The notes beneath the pieces were generated by a model. That model made no database searches. It worked only from the letters and a program-made list of their open reading frames with translations, and was not told where the DNA came from. This document shows positions 58,048 through 64,000 of a stretch of 64,000 bases of DNA, piece after piece (within the stretch, counting starts at the first letter, position 1; each line of letters opens with the position of its first letter). The position numbers were made by a program, and so were the translations under genes. Source of the DNA: an uncultured Chloroflexia bacterium (GTDB taxonomy: Bacteria > Chloroflexota > Limnocylindria > Limnocylindrales > CSP1-4); NCBI GenBank assembly GCA_963713975.1, contig OY970218.1:864001-928000 (forward strand), in the 5' to 3' direction.

Positions 58048-58791
58048 ATGACCACTCCTGATCCCCGCGCGCCCCGTGACCAGGAATCCTGGGCCCGGCC
58101 CGTCGACCGCCTGACCACCACCGCCACCGGCGCCGGCTCCGACACCGTCACCGGCAAGCGCGTCGCCGGCCCCGTCCAGGGCTTCGGCCAGATGTGGCAG
58201 AAGACGTTCGCGATCCGCGTGCCCGGCGATGAGCACTCGCCCGAGGAGGTGATCTCGCACTGGAAGGAGAGGTTCCCGACGTTCTGGCCGAAGGGCGCGA
58301 CGTTCTACGCGCCGCTCGCCGGTATCTCGCCGGGCGAGGTCGCGCTGCTCGAGATCCCGCCCGTGCCGGGTTCCCCGGTCAAGATGTCCACCGGCGTGAT
58401 GGTGATCTACGCTGACCGCGAGTCGTTCACCTTCATGACCCCGGAAGGGCACGCGCTGGCCGCATGGATCACCTTCTCCGCATACCGGGACGGCGACGAG
58501 ACCGTCGCCCAGGCACAGGCGCTCGAGCGCACCAGCGATCCGCTGATCGAACTGACCTATATCTTCGGCGCGAACCGGTCGAACGACGCGTTCTGGGAGA
58601 AGACGCTGGCCAACCTCGCACGGTCGCTCGGCGTCACGTCGCCGGTCGTCGAGACCACGAAGGTCTGCGTCGACAAGCGACGCCAGTGGAAGCACGCGGG
58701 CAACGTGCGGCACTCGCCGGCGGTGCACATGACGGTGTCCACGATCACGGCGCCGGCGCGCTGGGTCCGGCGTCGGAGGACGACGAGCTGA
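58048..58791 (+). CDS. Conserved-looking hypothetical protein (possible DUF1990/START-like fold)
   Basis: GGAGA RBS; GPVQGFGQMWQKT, TGVMVIYAD..SFTFMTPEGH..AWITFS; last gene of the signalling operon. Confidence 0.75.
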   Translation: MTTPDPRAPRDQESWARPVDRLTTTATGAGSDTVTGKRVAGPVQGFGQMWQKTFAIRVPGDEHSPEEVISHWKERFPTFWPKGATFYAPLAGISPGEVALLEIPPVPGSPVKMSTGVMVIYADRESFTFMTPEGHALAAWITFSAYRDGDETVAQAQALERTSDPLIELTYIFGANRSNDAFWEKTLANLARSLGVTSPVVETTKVCVDKRRQWKHAGNVRHSPAVHMTVSTITAPARWVRRRRTTS

Positions 58792-58822
58792 CCTCGCGGT
58801 GGCGCCGATCGGGCCCTCGTCC

Positions 58823-60247
58823 ATGAGCTCGCTCGACGCGATCGTCGTCGGGGCAGGACCCAACGGCCTCGCGGCCGCCATCGAGCTGGCGCGTGCCGGC
58901 CGGTCGGTCCGGGTCTACGAGGCTTCGGACACGATCGGCGGCGGCACGCGCTCGGCCGAGGTGACGCTGCCGGGGTTCATCCACGACGTCTGTGCCTCGG
59001 TCCACCCGTTGAGCCTGGCATCGCCGTTCCTCCGGTCGCTGGACCTGGAGCGACACGGGCTGGAATGGGTGCACCCCGACGCGCCGGTCGCACACGCCCT
59101 CGCGCCCGGTCGCAGCGTCGTGCTGGAGCGGGATCTCGCGGCGGTCGACGACGCGCTCGAGCGTGATGCGGACGCCTGGCGGCGTCTCTACGGCCCGTAC
59201 GTCCGCGAGTGGAAGCAACTCGTGCCGGCGATCCTGTCGCCGGTCGTCCGGCCCCCTCGGCACCCGATCCTCATGGCACGGTTCGGGCTCCCGGCGCTCC
59301 TCCCCGCGACGTCGCTCGCACGGCTGGCGTTCGCTGAGCCGGCTGCGCGGGCGTTGTTCGCGGGCATGGCCGCCCACTCGATGCTCCGCCTGGGACAGCC
59401 GATGAGCGCGTCCTTCGGCCTGGTCCTGGGCCTGCTCGCCCATGCCGTCGGCTGGCCGATCGCGAGGGGTGGCAGCGGTGCGATCGCCGCAGCGCTCGAG
59501 GCGGAGGCTCGATCCCTTGGCGTGGAGCTCGTGACCGGCCACCGCGTCGATGCCGTCGCAGACCTTCCCCGCGCGGGCGCGTACGTGCTCGACGTGACAC
59601 CCCGCCAGGTCCTGGCCATGGCCGGCGACCGGCTGCCCGCGGGCTATCGCCGCCAGCTCGAGGGCTTCCGCTACGGCCCCGGGGTGTTCAAGGTCGACTG
59701 GGCGCTGGACGGACCGATCCCGTGGGCCGATCCCGCAACGGCCCGTGCCGGGACGGTCCACCTCGGTGGCACCTACCGGGAGATCGCGGCCTCCGAGGAG
59801 GCCGTCGGCCGCGGCAGACACGCGGATCGGCCGTACGTCCTGCTCGTCCAGCCCACGATCGCGGACCGCTCGCGGGCCCCGCAGGGCAAGCACGTGGCGT
59901 GGGCGTACTGCCACGTTCCCAACGGCTCGACGGAGGACATGACCGGCACCATCGAGGCGCAGATCGAGCGGTTCGCACCGGGCTTCCGGGATCTCGTCCT
60001 CGCCCGCGCCACCAAGGACTCGGTCGCAATGGAGGCGTGGGACGCCAACTACGTTGGCGGCGACATCAACGGCGGCATCGGGGACTGGCGCCAGCTGCTG
60101 TTCCGCCCGGTCGTCCGCTGGAACCCTTACACGACGCCAGACCCGGCGATCTTCCTGTGCTCGTCCTCCACGCCACCCGGCGGTGGTGTCCATGGCATGA
60201 GCGGACACCATGCCGCACGCGCGGTGATCGCACGGCGGTATCGTTGA
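58823..60247 (+). CDS. NAD(P)/FAD-dependent oxidoreductase (phytoene dehydrogenase-like)
   Basis: VGAGPNGLAAA, HDVCASVHP, WAYCHVP and STPPGGGVHGM motifs. Confidence 0.9.
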   Translation: MSSLDAIVVGAGPNGLAAAIELARAGRSVRVYEASDTIGGGTRSAEVTLPGFIHDVCASVHPLSLASPFLRSLDLERHGLEWVHPDAPVAHALAPGRSVVLERDLAAVDDALERDADAWRRLYGPYVREWKQLVPAILSPVVRPPRHPILMARFGLPALLPATSLARLAFAEPAARALFAGMAAHSMLRLGQPMSASFGLVLGLLAHAVGWPIARGGSGAIAAALEAEARSLGVELVTGHRVDAVADLPRAGAYVLDVTPRQVLAMAGDRLPAGYRRQLEGFRYGPGVFKVDWALDGPIPWADPATARAGTVHLGGTYREIAASEEAVGRGRHADRPYVLLVQPTIADRSRAPQGKHVAWAYCHVPNGSTEDMTGTIEAQIERFAPGFRDLVLARATKDSVAMEAWDANYVGGDINGGIGDWRQLLFRPVVRWNPYTTPDPAIFLCSSSTPPGGGVHGMSGHHAARAVIARRYR

Positions 60248-60251
60248 GCCA

Positions 60252-60938
60252 ATGGACGACGGGCGCGCGACGGCGACGGCCAGGAAAGCGCGCCGTGCCA
60301 CGCCCCCGAAGGGCTGGCAGTTCTCGCGTCCGGCGATCGTCGCGCGTGAGATCACGGCCCGCCTCATCGGCCCGTTCATCGGCTGGTTTCTGGTGGGGCC
60401 GCGGGTCGTGGGCCGGGAGCACCTCGCCTCCCTGGGGGGTCCGTCCCTGATCTGTCCCAGCCATGCGAGCCATTTCGACTTCTCGGCGCTCCGCCTGGCC
60501 CTCGGCCCCAGGCATCGGCAGCGTCTGACCGCGGCGGCCGCGGCCGACTACTTCGCCACGAAACGCTCCCGCTGGTTCGTCGCCGCCTGGCTCGGCGCGT
60601 TCGCCTTCAACCGGACGGGACGCGGTGCCGATTCGATCGCTGCCGCGGAGGGTCTGCTGCAGGCCGGCTGGCACGTCGTCCTGTTCCCGGAGGGGACGCG
60701 GACCGTGACCGGCGAGATCAACCCGTTCCAACCGGGCATCGGGCTGCTGGCGAGGCACACGGGATGCCAGGTGCTGCCGGTCCGGATCATCGGGATCCGT
60801 GGCGTGCTGCCCAAGGGCGCGCAGAGGCCGAGGCGGTCGCCCGTGGAGGTGCGCTTCGGTGCCCCGCTCCGCGCGCTGCCGGGCGAGGACGCCCGTGCGT
60901 TCACCGCCCGCCTGGAGGCGGCCGTCCGCGCGTTGTGA
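60252..60938 (+). CDS. Lysophospholipid acyltransferase (PlsC family)
   Basis: SHASHFD (HX4D), AAADYF and LFPEGTR motifs. Confidence 0.9.
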   Translation: MDDGRATATARKARRATPPKGWQFSRPAIVAREITARLIGPFIGWFLVGPRVVGREHLASLGGPSLICPSHASHFDFSALRLALGPRHRQRLTAAAAADYFATKRSRWFVAAWLGAFAFNRTGRGADSIAAAEGLLQAGWHVVLFPEGTRTVTGEINPFQPGIGLLARHTGCQVLPVRIIGIRGVLPKGAQRPRRSPVEVRFGAPLRALPGEDARAFTARLEAAVRAL

Positions 60939-60948
60939 CGGAGCATGG

Positions 60949-60983
60949 TTGACGTCTACCCTTGACTGGGTACACTTCTACCC
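60949..60983 (+). promoter_or_regulatory. vapBC promoter and operator
   Basis: TTGACG(60949-54)-N16-TACACT(60971-76)-N7-ATG; inverted repeat GTCTACCC/GGGTACAC (60954-60975) plus a third TTCTACCC. Confidence 0.7.
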
Positions 60984-61250
60984 ATGGGCCTCAACATCAA
61001 GAACGAGGAGACCATCCGGCTGGTGCGCGAGCTGGCGGACGAGCTCCATGTGTCCATGACCGCTGCGATCACGGTGGCAGTCCGGGCGCGCCTCGAGCAG
61101 CTCCGCGAACGGGAGGCTGACGAAGACCTGGCGGCCGACTTCGAGCGCGGACTGGCGATCCTGCGTGAGATGCGCGAACTGATGGGCGAGGAGTACTTGA
61201 GCCAGGACTTCGATGCGCTGCTCTACGACGAGGCAGGGCTGCCGAAATGA
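60984..61250 (+). CDS. vapB: VapB antitoxin (Rv0623/VapB30-like)
   Basis: MGLNIKNEE..LVRELA..SMTAAI..A and C-terminal LYDEAGLPK. Confidence 0.92.
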   Translation: MGLNIKNEETIRLVRELADELHVSMTAAITVAVRARLEQLREREADEDLAADFERGLAILREMRELMGEEYLSQDFDALLYDEAGLPK

Positions 61251-61720
61251 TCATCGACTCATCGGTGCTCGTCGCCACCATGCTGCGCGAGCCGGACGCC
61301 CAGGCGTTCGCGAGGGCGATCCGGGCGGCCGAGAGCCGCCGCATCTCCGCTGCGAGCTACGTCGAGCTGTGCGCTGTGATCGACGGCCGTCGAGACCCCG
61401 TCCTCTCGAGCGGGATCGACCAGGTGCTTCTCGCGTGGCACATCGAGATCGTGCCGTTCACCCCGCAGCAGGCGCGACTCGCCCGGGAGGCCCACCAGCG
61501 GTTCGGGCGCGGCTCAGGGCACCCGGCGCGGCTCAACATGGGCGACTGCTACTCGTACGCGCTGGCACGGGACCTCGGCGAGCCGCTCCTGTTCAAGGGC
61601 AGTGACTTCGCGCTGACCGATATCGAGCTGATCGTGGAGCCCGTGAAGAGCCGGCGCCTGAGCGAGATCGTCGCGGCGTACGCATCCATGTCGGAGGCGG
61701 CGCCGACACTGCAGCCCTAA
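61247..61720 (+). CDS. vapC: VapC PIN-domain toxin (VapC30-like)
   Basis: MIIDSS, FGRGSGHPARLNMGDCYSYALA and LLFKGSDFALTD; ATGA overlap. Confidence 0.95.
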   Translation: MIIDSSVLVATMLREPDAQAFARAIRAAESRRISAASYVELCAVIDGRRDPVLSSGIDQVLLAWHIEIVPFTPQQARLAREAHQRFGRGSGHPARLNMGDCYSYALARDLGEPLLFKGSDFALTDIELIVEPVKSRRLSEIVAAYASMSEAAPTLQP

Positions 61721-61726
61721 GCCTCG

Positions 61727-62086
61727 TCAGCCGCCCGACACGCAGAACTCGTTGCCCTCCGGGTCCGCCATCACGGTCCAGCGGACGCCCTCACCCATGG
61801 CGCGCTCCGCGATGAACGTCGCGCCGAGTGCCGTCAGCCGCTCGACCTCCGCGTCCATCGAGTCGCCCCGCAGGTCCAGGTGGACGCGGTTCTTGACGGT
61901 CTTGGCCTCGGGAACCTTCTGGAACAGGAGGGCCGGCCGCCCGATCGCGCGCTCCGCCGGTGCAATCGCCACGTACTGCTCGTTCACGTCGTGGCGGACG
62001 TAGTCCCCGAGGGCCGCGAGCCAGAAGGCGACGACGACCTCGTGATCCGCACAGTCGATGACGATCTCGCCGAGCTTTAGGGTCAT
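61727..62086 (-). CDS. VOC (glyoxalase-like) family protein
   Basis: IVIDCAD, FW..ALG, KNRVHLDL and MADPEGNEFC; GGAGG RBS. Confidence 0.9.
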   Translation of the reverse strand: MTLKLGEIVIDCADHEVVVAFWLAALGDYVRHDVNEQYVAIAPAERAIGRPALLFQKVPEAKTVKNRVHLDLRGDSMDAEVERLTALGATFIAERAMGEGVRWTVMADPEGNEFCVSGG

Positions 62087-62122
62087 CGTGTGACCTCCTC
62101 CATGTCCAGGCACCGGCGCGCG

Positions 62123-64000
62123 CTACCGCCAGGCGGGCCTCGCGGCGTCGGGATACAGGCGGACACGCCGGTATGGCTCGCGACCCCGTGATCGCGAGAC
62201 CAGGTTCGCCCGCTCCGCCATCTGGTGCTGGAGGCGCCGGATGTAGGCGCTCTGGGGCGCCAGCTCCACCGGCTCCTGCTGCTTGACCACGAGCTCGATC
62301 GCCTGCTCCGTCTCCTGCAGCGCCGCCTCCCGGGGATCCACTTCGAGCGCGAACACGCTTGTCAGGGACAGCTGCATCTGCGCGATGGTGTTGGCCTTGA
62401 GGACGTAGATCGGGATGCCACGGTCCTCGGCGTCACGCAACGCCGGCGGCTTCTGGCGGTACTCGGAGCGCAGGGTCATCGCCACGTCGGCCTCCTCCGG
62501 CTCGCGGGCGATGATCACCGGCAGGCCGGTATCGCGGATGGCCTGCTCGAGGCGCTTGCGGCTGATCCCGTGGGGGAGGACCCGCAGCGTGGGCAGCGTC
62601 CCTCCCTCGACGGTCAGCGACGCGGTCCCAAAGGCAGCATCGTCGTCGTCGGCGTCCCCATACGTGGCGACGGCTTCACCGGGCACCATCAGCGCGATCC
62701 GCTCCTCCTCGGCCTCGAGGTCCGCCGCGTTGACCGGCCGCGTTCCCTCCTCCTCGTGGAGGGCGTTGAGCGCACGTGCCGCCTCGGCCCGCCACGCCTG
62801 CTGACGCGCAAGCTCGCGCGCGTCACGTGCCCGGACCTCCAGCGCCGCCGCAGCGACGCTCTCGGCCCGCTCCAAGGGCCCCCGGTCCGCGATGTCGCCG
62901 GCCACGAACGGCGCGCCGGGCGCGCCGCCCACAGGACCACCGGGCGAGCCACTCGGCCGGACGGCAAACCGCTCCCCCGGCATCGTCCCTACGTGCGCCG
63001 GTCGGTCTCCCTCCTGGCCGCGGGCCGCGCGCTCGGAGCCGCGATCTGATCCGCCACGCCCAGAGCGCCAGCCACCGGACTGTCCGGGCCGGAAGCCGGG
63101 CCGCGCCGGAAGTCGGTCCTCACCCGCGTACCCGCCCGTGCGGTATTGCGAGGCGCCACGCCAGCCCGGCTCCCGCCCCCAGGCTCCAGCTCCCGCCCCC
63201 GTGAGACCGCTGAACCGGTCGCCGGCTCCGGCCACACCACCCTCGCGTGCCGTCGGCCGGGGGCGCGACTGGGAGCGGTGCACGCCCTCCTCGTCGCGCC
63301 AGCGCTGCTCGGGCGAGACCGGCTCGCCCAGGAGCATGGCATCCACGGTCTGGGCGACGTCGGCGTGGACGAGGACCTTCTCCCGGTCCTGGATCTCGAC
63401 GATCACGTCGAACGTCGGGGGCTGCTTCCGCTCCAGGACGCTCTTCTGCGAGCGTCGACGGCGGGCCTCCTCGTCACCCAGGGTCACTGACTGGATGCCG
63501 CCGATCAGATCCGACAGCGTCGGGTTGAGCATCAGGTTGTCGAGGTTGTTGCCGTGCGCGGTCCCGATCAGCTGCACGCCGCGCTCGGCGATCGTCCTGG
63601 CCGCCTGAGCCTCGAGCTCCGTCCCGATCTCGTCGATGACGATCACCTCGGGCATGTGGTTCTCGACCGCCTCGATCATCACCTCGTGCTGGAGGCTGGG
63701 CGTCCGCACCTGCATCCGGCGTGCCTTCCCGATCGCCGGGTGGGGGATGTCCCCGTCGCCCGCGATCTCGTTCGAGGTGTCGACCACCACCACGCGCTTG
63801 CGCTGCTCGTCCGCCAGCACCCGGGCGGCCTCGCGCAGCATCGTGGTCTTGCCGATGCCGGGGCGGCCCATGATCAGGATCGACTTCCCCGTCTCCACGA
63901 AGTCCGAGATGATCTCAATCGTCCCGTAGACCGAGCGTCCGATCCGGCACGTCAGGCCGACGATCTTGCCGCTCCGGTTGCGGATCGCGCTGATCCGGTG
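62123..64000 (-). CDS. SpoIIIAA/Ycf45-like AAA ATPase with C-terminal R3H domain (5' end outside window)
   Basis: The frame stays open to the window end ([22 protein letters not shown]); [22 protein letters not shown] and RRLQH motifs. Confidence 0.92.
   Translation of the reverse strand, partial: HRISAIRNRSGKIVGLTCRIGRSVYGTIEIISDFVETGKSILIMGRPGIGKTTMLREAARVLADEQRKRVVVVDTSNEIAGDGDIPHPAIGKARRMQVRTPSLQHEVMIEAVENHMPEVIVIDEIGTELEAQAARTIAERGVQLIGTAHGNNLDNLMLNPTLSDLIGGIQSVTLGDEEARRRRSQKSVLERKQPPTFDVIVEIQDREKVLVHADVAQTVDAMLLGEPVSPEQRWRDEEGVHRSQSRPRPTAREGGVAGAGDRFSGLTGAGAGAWGREPGWRGASQYRTGGYAGEDRLPARPGFRPGQSGGWRSGRGGSDRGSERAARGQEGDRPAHVGTMPGERFAVRPSGSPGGPVGGAPGAPFVAGDIADRGPLERAESVAAAALEVRARDARELARQQAWRAEAARALNALHEEEGTRPVNAADLEAEEERIALMVPGEAVATYGDADDDDAAFGTASLTVEGGTLPTLRVLPHGISRKRLEQAIRDTGLPVIIAREPEEADVAMTLRSEYRQKPPALRDAEDRGIPIYVLKANTIAQMQLSLTSVFALEVDPREAALQETEQAIELVVKQQEPVELAPQSAYIRRLQHQMAERANLVSRSRGREPYRRVRLYPDAARPAWR

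Overview
High-GC bacterial chromosomal window, inferred to be from a Chloroflexota (Limnocylindria/Ellin6529-like) organism on the basis of gene content (GuaB3, UPF0182, DarA, mreB/mreC, SpoIIIAA/Ycf45-R3H ATPase). It holds about 55 CDS. I found no rRNA, tRNA, CRISPR array or mobile element. From left to right: (i) an AlkZ-like glycosylase, a LURP-one protein and a PPIase-mazG-rph-rdgB operon; (ii) a cell-surface locus with a Wzm/Wzt-type ABC exporter, DUF3048, GT4, a polyprenol-P-mannose synthase, two secreted FlgD-Ig repeat proteins sharing a C-terminal module, rfbABD and mreBC; (iii) radC, a CPBP protease, UPF0182, guaA, guaB3, ppk2, proline dehydrogenase coupled to darA, a degenerate GGDEF protein, tmk and tldDE; (iv) a signalling island at about 47.6-58.8 kb; (v) an oxidoreductase, an acyltransferase, vapBC, a VOC protein and a truncated AAA-R3H gene. 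The signalling island is the most notable part. Three tandem membrane-sensor paralogues each stop after the N-terminal part of a GAF domain. The next gene begins with the rest of the GAF domain, fused to a PP2C phosphatase and an RsbW-like kinase, and is followed by two STAS proteins with no sigma factor nearby. A divergent SARP/BTAD-STAND regulator is adjacent, and three promoters share an 11-bp-phased CGTAACG direct repeat at a fixed distance from a weak -10 and a leaderless ATG. All domain calls are by motif recognition, not database searches.
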